Shown here: piece by piece, positions 12,315 to 25,235 of the stretch | Layout of the letters: each line of letters starts with the position of its first letter | How positions within the stretch are numbered: position 1 is the stretch's first letter | From: Phoronis australis | Taxonomy: Eukaryota; Animalia; Phoronida | Direction: 5' to 3' | Assembly (NCBI GenBank): GCA_002633005.1 | Contig: NMRA01001031.1 | Coordinates: 1 to 48,796 of the forward strand | Length of the DNA stretch: 48,796 nt | Notes under the pieces: generated by a model | What the model saw: only the letters and a program-made list of their open reading frames with translations | Database searches by the model: none | What the model was told of the DNA's origin: nothing | Position numbers and translations under genes: made by a program

Positions 12315-13456
12315 GTTTACGGTTATTATTCTGCACTAAAATGAATTATTCTCACCCTAACCAGTGCTTTTATAAAACTGAAACAAAATCTGTCTCATTA
12401 GATACAAATCGTAATGCCTTTGGAATATTCGTGGGTGCAAATGTTTTGAGAAGTCAGCAATGAATAAACCACTGTGTTACCGGCTTCAGATGCAATAAAT
12501 GTAACTGACCGGGCACCGAGGCCGTGTGAGCGCATGCTAATTCAGTGTTTGCTGACAGAAAACTGTTGTGAAACAACAACTCGATCTTATATGCTATGAG
12601 TACATGTTTTGTGAATCTTTATTTAGATATACAAATACATTATTCAAATCATTGTTACTGTATAACCTTGGCCCTTACGGTTCTGTGGAAAGGGAACCTC
12701 AGTGACTGAGCGACTCCTGACAAGTATGTAGATCTCCAGTTTCGTGGCTAATTCACCAAAACAATCTCGTGCACACTATTTCTTTGACTCACTATTATAG
12801 TCTTTTCGTGACTGGAGGTTTAGTTTCTAGCGCTGGTTTATGTCCGGTGATGTCCAATCCCGCCGGCGGCCGCAACAGGCCTGATCGGGTTTCGAGCCAC
12901 TGGCTGGGATAAAAAACGTTTTGTGTGTTTAGAACTAAAATATCGCAAGTCTAAAATTACAATACACAGCTATTTTCTCATGTCTGTATTTTACGGACGA
13001 ATGATTCGAATTCATCACCAAACAGACCCAAAATCCCGCGACCGACCATGGTAAATTGGCCTAGTACCGAACTCTGTAGGCTACGGTACGTTCAAATACC
13101 TATAAATCCGTAACTGTGAAATAAAACAACACGTTTGTTCAAGAACTCGATGTATTTGTAAGGGTTTTACATCCAGTTTTGATAATTTATTGGTGTAAAA
13201 CGATGAATTCAAGTGATAAGTTGACACCAGTAAGCGTGTTGTGAACGGCTGAACAGACTGCGTTCGAACCGATTACGTCATTGGTTAATTTCAACACCTC
13301 CGTCTGCCATCTGGTGTCAGGTAAAACAACTGAACTTGCTGTTATCGAGTGGAACTACTCGATCTAAATTGATACAAAATAGGTTGTTTTTTGGGTGGTA
13401 TTCTCCTTTAAGTTGCTTACGTCGTTGTAAATGGGAACAGTACACTACTCACATTT

Positions 13457-14206
13457 CGGTTCGCCATTCCGAAGGTTCACTACTTCGAAGGTTCACTACT
13501 ACGAAAATGTCTAATTTTAATTTTTACACTTTTACATGCAAAAATGATACTTCTGTTATTAGATACAATGGTGTACCTATACGCCCGGTACTAAAATACT
13601 TTGTTTGGATTTCATACGCATGCGAAGTTTCCGGCATGTCTTACGAACACGGAAAAATGAGAACGTTATTGCATTTAAAAATATGGTGTGGGAATATTGA
13701 TGAATTGTCAACCAGGATACATTCATCAAATCTGTGTCTAAGTCGTATCATTTCACAGCGCGACTGAAAAGTTTAGGGCCGCTGCACTTGAACCTCACCC
13801 ACCGGAACCACTCACACGGTCGGGGCGAAACTAAATGTAGTTAGTAGGCTGCCTTATCCCTGCCAGTCTTCACGAAGTCAGAGAGCCCCATTCAGCCTTC
13901 TTATGTGAAAACCGTTGGTTGCCGCAGCCCTGACCCGTGCCCCAGATGTTGTCCATGCTTGAGAATGTGTCGTTAGCTGGATTCAAGAATCACGATAGGC
14001 CGTGATTGGAACTGAGCTCAATGTATTAAGAACTAGTCAAATTTTGCACACCCTTTAACTGATTACTAAATGGACACAAATACAATACTATATTCATGTC
14101 TTTTACGACTCTTGTGGACATTCGAAGTAGTGAACTTTCGAAGGTGGCAAACCTTCAGAGTAGTGGACCTTCGGAGTAGCGAACCTTCGGAATAGTGCAT
14201 CTAACC
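13457..14206. mobile_element. MITE-like element with inverted arrays of 17-bp subterminal repeats
   Basis: (TTCCGAAGGTTCACTAC)-like units at 13457-13505 and their reverse complements at about 14120-14198; related remnant at about 26305-26380. Confidence 0.65.
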
Positions 14207-17165
14207 ATGGAAATATTTTCCATCAAGTTGCTCGTATGAACTATGCACGATTGACACTATTGACAAGAGAAGTCTATTTTCATTGACCAAAGTTTTATTG
14301 GGTCTAGACCTACTTTTCCCCAAAACTGTGAGCATGCTCGTCGGTGTTTTCTCAGAGCAAGCAAGCACGTTATAGTTAAACTTTTGGTTTTTGAGCAACG
14401 ACGGAGGGATGCCTACATTTAACTTACCTTCGGCTTCTACTGAATTTTAAAGGACGGAAACGCACACACGTGTACACGCATGCATGTCAATCCACCAATC
14501 CACAATCGAAGTGGACACTGGATGAAAAACATACATGTATTTGACGAACACTTTCAATTATAAATTTTAAAACACACGCCCTTTACCGTATTATGCTAGC
14601 AAGCAATATCGGGTAACAAACTTAATTTCTGTTGTTTTAATTGTTACTTGGTCGATTTTTTGGCATTCACACCGCCCTACTTTTTGAGACCTTTCTCGCT
14701 GTATATAGCATAGCAAGGTATAGATATTTACTTTTGGACTCACATGTTACCTTACAGTGTCGATAAGTAACATAAAGCTGAACGATCATGTCATCAACGA
14801 AAAAACCAGTCGGGCAAAGTTGGCCGGGTATGGCTCGATGATTAAGTGAACACAATTATCATTGTAGTTGGTAGAACCAATAGCTGCAACAGGATAGGCC
14901 TGGGGCTGGACCTTTTCCGCGGAGGGGGGGGAGGCTCGATCGAACCCCTCGAACTCCCCTGGTTACTGGCTGTGATAGCTGGTACTAGCAGTGACCTTTG
15001 GGTGGCTGTTTACTACAAACACCTCCACTGCACTGAACCCCAGGACTGGTTTTCGCTCCTCAGGTCTAGAGGTTGGCCATGGTGTGTGAAACTTTTTCAG
15101 GAAGCCAGTGGAAATTAGGGGCGCGAATTCGTAACGAGTATTCGGCACCCGCTGTAATAGGGTAGAGTTGTTTCCACCCTGTGGATAATGCTGCTATCAA
15201 ATAATAAAGAAATAGACTCTTTTGACCAAGGCTTTGAAGTGACACAATTGGGAAAAATGTTTTTTAGACCAATTTCGGTTATTGCGTCAAGCCATTATTA
15301 TCATTAATCATCTGGTTCTTGATTGGTCAATGAACGATGTGAACAACTTATACAGGTATAAACTTGCACAAATCGAGTAAAATGAAGGGGAGATTCAAGT
15401 GCATGTATCACGAAACTGTCACAGATAATGTCATGCTATGCCTGATACATTTACGATCTAAGATATTCGCCAAGAGTGATTGTAATTGAAAAAAACCCGT
15501 TGATTTGCTACTTGGCTCTCCCTGGTAATGTTTTCCTGTCAAGATTCGAAGGTGAAAAAAGTGTGAAAGGTACAACGGCTAAGACACAACGTGACTTTGA
15601 TATTGACAAACACACATCTAGACGTAAAACAATCCCACGAACCAGCACATCTATACAAAAATAAAGCCAACGTGCAGAGGCAAGATAAAGACTTCAAACC
15701 ATGCGCGAAAGGTTTCCATTGGAATGAAAAACGTGTTTTCACGTAAAATGTGCTTACAGAGCAGAAAACGAGGAAATGCGCTATTTCAAAATTTGACTTT
15801 CAATTATTAACAAACACCTAAAGCATGTCTTATCTATCTATGCAGGGCAGCCGGTGTCGTGTACAAGGGGACACGTGTGTACTGTGTGTGAACTTTGTGT
15901 TCATCACAATAGAATTATGTTGTTTATTAATAACGTATAATATCATAGGCTAGACCCACAGTCACATCGTTTTTCCAAATTTTTTATATTTTTGGTTCAG
16001 GTTAGTACGAAACCAACTCACCACTTGAAATTATTACTAAATTATGTGTTTGGATAAATCTGTGTGCTCCGACAATGGTTGCACCCATTGCATACTCCGG
16101 AGGAGTTGAGAAGGATTAAGATTGACCAAGTCCATAACCAGTAATAATTTTGAAGTTCCTGGTAATTTTCAGGTGTCCATAAATGAGGACAAATTTCATT
16201 TGACTAGGTCCAAAACGACAACCTGGCGCCAGAGAAGAGAAGCGAACTGCGTCCCTGTCACAAAGAAAACGCGCCAAAATTGGAACACGAAAGTGAAGCT
16301 CGGGCAAAAGTCATTTTCATTCTTTAAACATTATTTCCCTGAATTCGGCAAGTCAGTATTTAGTGGACGTCACAGAGATGTGCACAGAAGTACATTAAAC
16401 TCATTCGTTGTTCGCATACGACTGTTACAGGTGACAATCAATCAAGGAAGAGCAATTTGGCGGTTTTGAAAGTGACCTGGTACCACGGATGACATTTATC
16501 TTGCATCTGCACATGCCACTTTAGCAAATGACACAACTTGAACACACAAGGAAAAATAGTATCAAAATTACATGACAGCAGCCGCTCTTGTCAACAAAAG
16601 TGAATAAACACACGTCAAAGTTATCCTTTGATATACATGTTGCCGTCTTTTGTATCTTATTCTTGTTCCGTCTGTTGGTAATTTACTTCACACACTCCCG
16701 GATTAAGGTTTCTCAGAGCCCCGGGTTATAACAAATCTGGTGCCCGGTAATTTGACAAACCGAACGATCGCAACTCTTTTCGTACAGCTCTAGAGGCACC
16801 CCCGGTCGTCACAATTGTTCACTCCCACTTCCCGAAGCTTTCACGGCACTTCCTGTCATCAATACATCTGGGCATTTCGCGTAATTTCCTTAAAAAATAC
16901 AAAACAGGTTTCCGGTTGCTGCAATGTGGAGCACTTAAATTTTGCGGTCAACTCTGATAGCTCTTTGTGGTGGCCTTAAGGTGTAGCGCAATGCCCGGAT
17001 AAAGTGCCACTGGCGTCAGAACTGCACACGGGAGGATAGGCGCATAGGTCGTGAAATTTGCAACTAGCCAACAGAAACTACTGCCGTGTGTTTATCTCGT
17101 TTCAGTTACATAAAACATTTGTAGCAATTATATGAATATTTAAATCTTGAATCAGCGTAGAAATA

Positions 17166-17550
17166 CAAATCGCAAACATTTCAAGAGTGGTCCACACGCC
17201 ACCTGTTGACCACATCGCGTGACCAATGAACACACGTCTGAAAAATTTCTGCTCCGACCGGAACTCGAACCCGGGACCTTCTGCTCACAGTGCAAACGGA
17301 ATTTTGCCACGCCAGTTTAAGATTTACATATTCATAAATTGCGGTCAGGAGTTTATGGGCGGGATGGCCACCGCCAAGTCTGTGTTCGACCACTGGTCTT
17401 GATGGCTCAGTGGATTACAGTGTCTGCACGGTTAGCAGAAGGTTCCGAGTTCGAGTCGGGGCAGAAATCTTTTCAGGCCTATGTCCATTACGTCACGTGA
17501 TGTGACCAACAGGTGGCGTGCAGACGAGACTTACAAATGTTTGCGACTTG
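17166..17550. mobile_element. Palindromic element with TA TSD and two head-to-head tRNA-like units
   Basis: TA|CAAATCGCAAACATT...AATGTTTGCGACTTG|TA; long imperfect inverted arms; A-box TGGCTCAGTGG (17403) and B-box GAGTTCGAGTC (17447) on +; B-box GGGTTCGAGTTCC on - near 17260-17273. Confidence 0.75.
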
Positions 17551-18560
17551 TACCAATTAATAAGCGAATTATCTGGAGTAAATATCATTTCATATAATAA
17601 TCATCAAATTAGTGAACGTAAACATTTACTGAAGATTGTCTACGAATGCTCTGATGACGTGAAGTCACAATCCACAAATCGTTCACTATGATAAAACAAA
17701 TTATTGCTCAAGTGCATAATATTGATCCCGCCATGAAAGATACTATTTCCGCTTCATATTGAGTTTGAAATAGTCACAAGCACTTTGAATTGAGAAATTC
17801 TACTAAAATTGCTTTTTGAACGTCACCTTTTAAAAACTTGAAATTTGATATTAAAAGCCAGAAAAATCTATGTGTAATTTATGAACTGGTCCCATATTGG
17901 AGGTACCATGGGAATAATAACACTTGTTCTTTTTGTCTAAAACAGTGAAAGAATGGAATTTCTTTCCTTAAAAGCAACTGATCTGGAATAAGCAGTTCTT
18001 TATAACAACAATAAAAAACTTTCCTATGTCCTGATGAGAGAATTCAACAAATGGTTCTCTGTCATAAAAATATTGTACAAGGGCATAATTTTAACGATCG
18101 ATTTCACGCAAAACAGTGTGCCTAAATCATGACATTGTCAAGAGCTTACAAGTCACTAATAAGACACACACAGAAACAAAATCCTCCATTGATATGACAT
18201 TTACAGGAACACAGAACAATAGTCAGCATTGGAATTATTGAAGATTAACTTGCGTACGCTTGCTTCAGTGAAACAACAAAAATAATGATTGATAACAACT
18301 CAATTCATTGATTTTCGAATTAAAAATGCTCCTGTATACTGAAAATATCCGACAATGTGAAAGCATAGTCATCTAAGAAAAGAAATACAAACAAAAATGT
18401 ACTATGAGACACTCATAATTATGAACACGCTTACACAGCAAACAAACGCGGTTAGTCATAACATTATATCCTGGTCAAACTGAGCACAAAGGTGGATCTC
18501 TCGCGGAACACAACGCCGTGGTGGAAATTTTAAGACGCGCTGAATAGATATGCAACTCAT

Positions 18561-18634
18561 TCAATTATTCCCTAGACTATTCCTCAAATTAAGGTCAATC
18601 TCGAGGCGACTGTTGAACTCATCTTCGTCGAGTA
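18561..18634 (-). CDS. VWA-MIB/HERC2-WWE gene, last coding exon
   Basis: tttacag acceptor; phase 1; (V)LDEDEFNSRLEIDLNLRNSLGNN*. Confidence 0.65.
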
Positions 18635-19289
18635 CTGTAAATACAACAATAGCAAATGTACAAACAAGCGTGAGAATAATATTAAGAACAAAGAAATGTC
18701 CAAAAGCTCATGCACATTCATCACAAAGTTTTCACATCACCAAGCACGCCCACGAGCCTCCAGGAGAGTAAATTGGTCTCGTATTGTCTAACAGTCGAAG
18801 CTGATTGTGACTAATATAACTAAAAGTCTCATAGGCAATAATCCGGATACAAATACACACTGGCTTTCCACAAAAACAGGTAAACAGACACAATTTTTAG
18901 TTTGTAGTAAACGGGTGAGATGCTTATATATTTGAATCCCTCAAGGATTGGTTGTAAACACTTCATAACACATCTGGTATTTTAGAAACCTAACATTATT
19001 GGGCAGAGGTGATTCATAAATGCGCATGTGCGAACGTCCATCATAGCAACAAAGGAATTACGTAAACAAATGCTTAATCCTAGAGTCATCCTGGTTTCAA
19101 AAAGTCGGACTTCACGTCATTCTCTATCCTTAATCGGTCTTCTGTTGCACCGTTACCTCATAACTGTTATCAAAGAGCATCCTGACATTTGCTGTAAGGA
19201 TTGGTGTTTGCAAACGCGCAGATAGGAAACAACTCCGAGGGATAATTTGAGGTTACCGAAATTTCCACACCAGCAATGGGAATTCTTAC

Positions 19290-19357
19290 CCTCACGTGCC
19301 ATCTGTATTGTTTTGTCTCCACATTTTGCTTCCATCTTCTTAAAATCAACTGTGAAC
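19290..19357 (-). CDS. VWA-MIB/HERC2-WWE gene, WWE domain second half
   Basis: tttcag|...|gtaaga; phase 2 to 1; (M)FTVDFKKMEAKCGDKTIQMARE matches the WWE Y.IDF..M motif. Confidence 0.82.
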
Positions 19358-20290
19358 CTGAAATTTGACATTTAGGTGTATGAAACATTAAACATTGCTT
19401 TTAAAGTGTTTCTTGTATGCATCGATTCACAAAGCGACGAACGTTGGCCATATTGTTAACATCAATACAACTGTTTTTATTAAATCAACTCCAAATTGAC
19501 CTATCGCCAGGACTTTGAGTGACGGCTTAACTGACCATCTAGAACTTATCATTCTAGACACACCTTCGTTTCCAAGCCGCCATTTTACCCGACAAACAAC
19601 CCGTTGCCGAGTAAAACTTATTGTTTGGTAGTCGACATTACGCAAGGGAACGGAGCCTTCGATAGGTCAATTGCCAAAACAGAAACCTTCTTCATTTTTC
19701 ATTTTAACATGTGTACAAACTAGTCACTAAATTGTAACACCGGCCTCCCTGACCAATTTTTTTTTCAAAATACGAAAATCTTTTGCCCAAGCCTCATGAC
19801 AAAGAACTTAATGTAAAATTGAATTCTTTACGCTTCTCAGTACTCTAAGACACCTGCCAACGTGCGACTACGCAAGCTAACGCGAATATCGTGAAATAGT
19901 TAATTTGCACTTGGACAAGCGATGGCCCTCACCGTTGCAATACTTATTACAGAAGGCATCGAAAACTACCAAAACTATAAGCACTTTCAAGCAAAATGAA
20001 ATAATTTCGTCCTTGAATTTTAATTGTTAGCCTATCAATTATCTTAGCTCTACTCTTCACCATTTTCTCATAACAGAATTCAAGTTTGATGTTCTGAGCA
20101 CTTGCACAGTTTTCTGCAGTTCATGTATGATGATATGTCCAAAATGTATGCAAAATATCGACATCTTACATGACGGCTTTAAAATGGAACTTAAGAAGTA
20201 CGGTAACTATTCACATGGTTTTATTGATGCCATGTTTCCTGACTGTGTCATTACTGATTGCATTTGAAAGGTGTAGGGGATTTAGCGTAC

Positions 20291-20479
20291 ATTACTCCAT
20301 CGATGTCCATTTGCATCGATGCTTCACGGTTGTCCTGGTACTTTAAGTCCAATAACATGGTAGTTTCTTGACTGTACATCAACCACACGTCAGAGTCGTC
20401 AAGATGACTCCAAACGATGTGTTTACCGGGTGGTTCTTGGAATGGAAATTTGCTGGCTTCCCCTGGCGGCTTTCGACGA
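20291..20479 (-). CDS. VWA-MIB/HERC2-WWE gene, WWE domain first half
   Basis: ttccag|...|gtacgc; 189 bp, phase 2 to 2; HIVWSHLDDSDVWLMYSQETTMLLDLKYQDNREASMQMDIDGV. Confidence 0.85.
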
Positions 20480-20689
20480 CTGGAAATAGTGTATTACCAT
20501 GTTATTGTATAATGTACAGTCACTTAGGATCAGGATGACCATTTAATCAAAGGTCGTAAGTCTGGTCGTATTCAAAACAGTCGTAGGCATGTTTTGTGAA
20601 GGGAATCCTGTACTTTTGCATGAGTGAAACGACCGCTACTGACGTGAAAGTGATCGAAGTTCACATGAATGTTACATCACGAATATGAC

Positions 20690-20900
20690 ATTTGACCTTG
20701 CGATAGGTGTGGCAGTGGTCGTCAAATAGTCCAGTACCGGGTGAAATGTCGTTGCCCATATCTTTAACAAATAGTAAAAATAGGAGAGGTCCGACAACGG
20801 TGCCCTGGCGGACACTGGATAAAACTACAGTGGAGGTTGAAAGTTTTTTTTCGTTCACCATTACTCGTTGTTTACGTTTACGTTTGTCACGACGCTGGAT
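20690..20900 (-). pseudogene. Non-LTR (CR1/L2-group) RT fragment, inverted relative to the adjacent 3' part
   Basis: RKQRVMVN...SSVRQGTVVGPLLFLLFVKDM...LFDDHCHTYRKV, a decayed SGVPQG.VLGPLLF...FADDC motif. Confidence 0.8.
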
Positions 20901-20999
20901 GGGCGCACGCATGCTTGCATGAGCCCCGTTTCATTGAAGGTCGTGGCATTAGTTTTAGCTAAGTTCGCTGTACCATATTTTCACTGAAAATTCATTTAC

Positions 21000-21647
21000 G
21001 TGGGATATGAAGGTGAGCGGTCTAGGAAGCTTGGCTGCTTACATAGGAACTTGAAACTTGCACCGAAGCCAAGCAGAGTTAGACCCTGTCGCGAGTATGT
21101 TTTTTCATTTTGTAACCCTCACACTCATCAAAACGTCGATTCTCATGAAAACATCCAACGACGAGAGGCACGTTTTGTTTTATAAGACTTTCCAAGTACG
21201 AGCAATGCCACTCAACTGCTTCGTTTTAAATCAGTTTTGGCCGGTACCTCGAATATGTAGTCTAGCTCATTTCCTGGGGCCTTTGTAAGGCCCCATGGGG
21301 TCACACTCAGAGTGCAGACAACGGCAGACGTCCATTTCTGTACATATTGAGGTGGACTCTAAATGCTCCCGTGGTCAGATGTTACCTCGTTCATCTATGC
21401 TAAGTGCTCTGGGCTGCCGGTCTATTTCACTACTTTCTATAGAATTCAACATGCCCACACTGTAATTATCAACATCAAACATTAAGACTACTAATAGGAC
21501 AACTCGCAGGAGCAACCAAAATTCCGTTCTGCAAATCCATGCAAGAACAGACGTCTACAAGTATTCCTTCTTTCCTCGGACAATAAGAAACTGGTCACTT
21601 CTTCCCCAGTGTATAACCAACGCCGCAACAACCGATTCATTTCATTC
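21000..21647 (+). mobile_element. 3' part of a LINE (CR1/L2-group), interrupted by the Kolobok; tail probably continues at about 23952-24045
   Basis: SRKLGCLHRNLK..VRPCREY..NIQRREARFV and RTDVYKYSFFPRTIRNWSLLP motifs. Confidence 0.8.
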
Positions 21648-21971
21648 TTAAAGGCGAAGGCAACCTTTTTTCATGTCATTTTTAGTAAAAATATGGTTCG
21701 TTGGTTATCCCAGACATATTTTACAATTAACTGTAATTTTTCGTAATTTAATTAATTACTTGTCCTCTACTCCGGAGGTGACGTTTCGGGAGGCAAGAAT
21801 TTCGCGCCAATTTGGCTCGGCGTTGAGTTTAGTGTTAGGATCTGCACTACTTTTGTTTTCGGGCTGTTTTTCTAAAATTGTCGTCACCACTTCCCATCGA
21901 CGAGTTTTCTACGACAAACTAGGTTGTTAGAGAACCCAATTACGTTGGATTTAGGGATTCTTTAGTTAGTA

Positions 21972-22776
21972 CCGTCAGAGACCCTAAAGTCGTGAGTGCC
22001 CTAAAGTCGTGAACGATCTTATTTCCTCTTCTGCGCGGTCCTGCGACATCTGGCGTTGAAGTTTCCAGCGTTCGTCTGCTTACGAACGTCAAACGAATAC
22101 CCGGACGTGTTCGTATTCACAACATGATAACAAACAGTGAGTGAGTAGCTTCTTTTCTCAAATGAATCTTCAAAACAGCATATTTCACTAATCCACTTTT
22201 TTGAGCATTTTTGGGATATTTTTTCGAAAATATTCATTGTTCAGATTTACTCAAACACGAGCTCCAGGGGTAGCTTGAACAATGTCTCAAAATGTCCCAG
22301 GGTCGATAAAGTTTTGTAAGGCCAAAGCAATAAAATACAGAGAGATAATTGATGCTGGGTCCTTAGCGTTTTACGTGAACAACCTCATTGAAAACGTCTG
22401 TGCACATCAAAGTTGAGTGCACAACATATAACAATTTATTTCAATTGCAACTGAATTAATAAACAATGTAATGCATTTTTATGTCATCTAGAGTAACTGT
22501 GCGCACTGTAGTTGACTTGTGAGGTCTTACTTCGTGTATTTCCGTCTAACCGAAACGGTCACGACTTTAGGGCCTCATTCAAAATGGCCGCCGATAACAG
22601 CGACCGTTTCAAAACTCTGCTTACGGAGACAAACAAGGATTAAGATTGTCAAAACACGTATATTTGTGAAGGCTGATATATGTCCATGACATCACATGAG
22701 CAGTTGCTAACGGACATTGGGTAATATGACAATCGGCACTCATTATGCTTATATTCACGACTTTAGGTCATCGGTG
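21972..22776. mobile_element. Tc1/mariner-type MITE nested in Kolobok B
   Basis: TA|CCGTCAGAGACCCTAAAGTCGTGA GTGCCCTAAAGTCGTGA at left; reverse complement TCACGACTTTAGG at about 22559 and 22755; right end degenerate, followed by TA. Confidence 0.6.
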
Positions 22777-22791
22777 TATATTAATCTGAAA

Positions 22792-22955
22792 ATGACTGGA
22801 GTCGGCGACCCATATCACACTGACAGTAGTGACGTGAGTAACGGAGACATTGTTCATATAGCAGTGGTGACGAGGAATTTTTTCACGGATAGTCAGTGGG
22901 TGGGTATACTTTGTATGTTTGAGCCCGAGTATAATGAGGCAGAGTATGCACAGGC
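22792..22955 (+). pseudogene. KolX N-terminal stump
   Basis: MTGVGDPYHTDSSDVS...CMFEPEYNEAEYAQ, similar to the YQFE.EY motif in family A. Confidence 0.55.
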
Positions 22956-22959
22956 AAAA

Positions 22960-23681
22960 CTGTCCCATTTTCCCCAGTGTCCTGCGACACACTCCCACTG
23001 GATGGTGACCTGAGCACCCAAACTGCTTACATCCCGCGGTGTGACTCCCTCGCCACACACCTGCCACTTTCTAAATAGCTCCAATACTTTAGACAAGTCC
23101 ACCATAAACTTATCAACGTTTGTCTCACCGATCTGTTCGTTGGACGACGAACTGTCCTCTTCACTGGATGTCGAACTGGGCCTGTTTTCACTCCTACAAC
23201 TCAACATCGCTGCAGGGCTGCTTACAGGCTCTGTGTTAGAAACAACAACACAGGGCGAATCACTGCTAGTTCCCAGAATTGCACGCTCTGTACCTTCGGA
23301 GGCACGGGTGACAGTAGATGAAGTGCCTCCAGTCACTGTAGCGGCCATAGCTCGCGACGCTTCTCGCTTCAAAAACGCACTTCTCGGGGATGGCGACGGA
23401 GAACTGCCAGGAACCAACAGCTACGGTATCGCACGCTTCTTCAGGCGTTGTTTCGCAGGGACCTTCATCAATTCAGCGTACATATCCCTCTCGTAATCTG
23501 ACGGCAGTAACCCTCCACTGCTTTGAACGTTGCGTTGACGGGTAACGCTGCGTTCTTCACACGAACGAGCCAAGTACGGCGAAGTGTGTCATCCTTTGGA
23601 TAGCGATGCAAAGCCTGGTATTCCCAAAGCGCGCGTGAGATGATAATGAGTACATCCCGGTACGCAGCAACAGTGTGGCAT
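22960..23681 (-). pseudogene. Kolobok THAP-transposase N-terminal remnant
   Basis: MPHCCCVPGC...LHRYPKDDTLRRTWLVRVKN...RLKKRAIP (THAP); KFMVDLSKVLELF..C...GAQVTIQWECVAGHWGKWDS zinc-binding region. Confidence 0.8.
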
Positions 23682-25235
23682 GTTGTCTGACTTGTAAACA
23701 AAAGCAAACGACGACCGAACTTATCACAACCGAGGTACAACAATGACTGACTCGACAGGTCTCACAGTCAGAATATATGAAAAGAAATTGGCGCGAATTT
23801 CTTGCCTCCCAAAACGTCACTTCCGGAGTAGGTTACGAGTAATTAATTAAATTATGAAAAGCTGTACTTAAGTGAACAATATGTCTGGGATAACCAACTC
23901 ACCTTATTTCTGCTAAAAAATGACATGAAAAAAGGCTGCTTTCGCCTTTAAGCTGCAGCCTTCGTGCGTGTTGGAGACAACCACTGAGCACTTCCCCCAC
24001 TGGCGAGGTGTTATCAACCTTGGCCGATTAGAAGACAAGACGAAACAAGCTCAAACAGTTCAGCAGGTAGTTTTAAGGCGTTTTTATAAAGATTTTGAAT
24101 TCTTGTTGAACTCAGAACAATTTTCAGTTTCATATTTCAAAAATATGCGACCTGTTCAGTGCTCGTCTTTTCGTCGATTTTTCTCCCACACGGCAAAACA
24201 GGTCTCCTTATTTGGTACGGCAAGGCATAGACGTAGCGCATAACCCTTATTAATAAAATGCGATTTTTGACCTGTGATGTAAACGAACTAATGGCGATTT
24301 CAAGCAGCAACCGGTCCGTCTTCTTCGATTGCATGCGCGCATATAATTACTGGGAACGGAGAATTTGAAAGCTATATTGGAATGAAAGAGCTTTTACTTC
24401 GTCTGTTTCAAAAATAATGAATCTGAAAATTTTCATAAAGTTCTTGCAATATTCAAAAAGAATACGTCTCATGTCAGCCTCCCCAAGAAGTAGATTCACC
24501 AAGATATGTTTAAAAGCTTTTTATACGAGTTTTCAAGTTCCATGCCTCATTAATGTGCACCTTTTCACACAGCCACCTAAGTTACGTGAACACTACGCCT
24601 GGATACTTGCCTACTGACCGGTTGAAGGAAGAGAAATGCTTATAGCTGCACTCCAAGCATGCGCACTAACGCTGCTCTATGGAATTCTGAGTGCCTGGAA
24701 CAATCTGCAGGAGCATTCCGTGAAAATACTGCGAGTTTGGCGATATCTTGTACGGGGAAGAGGAGGGTTTCGTGAGTTTGCTTGTCACCATGCAAAGCTA
24801 TACTAGCGCACTGACTGCCCTTGAAAGCATTGGACGGTCAGTCGGAACCGTTGAATTAAGAAGAAAATTATACACACGATCAGTCAAGTACTCTTGTTGC
24901 AATTGTCTCCAGAGTATATAACGTTACGGAATACACACATGGTCTACTTAGTCAAGTGTTTAACTGTTTCAGAGAAAATCGCTGACACAAAATGTTCCAG
25001 GAAAATTTTGCACCCAGGCTCACCATACATGTGTAAACAAGGTAATAAAATAAACGATAGACTTGCAAAGCAAAACCTTGCTCTAGCTGTGCGTCAGTGT
25101 TTGCTTAACAAAAATGAAAGTCCTCCTTTCCCGGCATTTTTCGCTCATAGTAGGCAGGTAGAATCACTCAAGTTCATGCTGTCATATCTTCCACCATTTT
25201 TAAACAATTTTGATAAAAATCAAAGGCGTACTTAC

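Larger units (their letters stand above)
11750..13407 (+). mobile_element. Kolobok non-autonomous DNA transposon, family A copy 1
   Basis: TTAA TSD both sides; TIR AGGAGAATGCCACCC...GGGTGGTATTCTCCT; homologous along its length to 34008-35988. Confidence 0.9.
21652..23947 (-). mobile_element. Kolobok non-autonomous DNA transposon, family B
   Basis: TTAA TSD (21648-21651, 23948-23951); about 160-bp imperfect TIRs starting AGGCGAA; THAP-transposase stump on -, KolX stump on +. Confidence 0.9.

Noticed and set aside
17395-17462. Functional tRNA gene
   Set aside because: A/B boxes are present, but the acceptor and T stems are incomplete and it lies in a repeat arm.
18028-18062. CTGATGA followed by a hairpin (hammerhead candidate)
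   Set aside because: No GAAA after the stem.
23041-23496. 151-aa plus-strand ORF
   Set aside because: Antisense shadow of the Kolobok transposase remnant.
24613-24842. Short inverted ends ACTGACCG/CGGTCAGT
   Set aside because: Only 8 bp with no clear TSD; may be chance.
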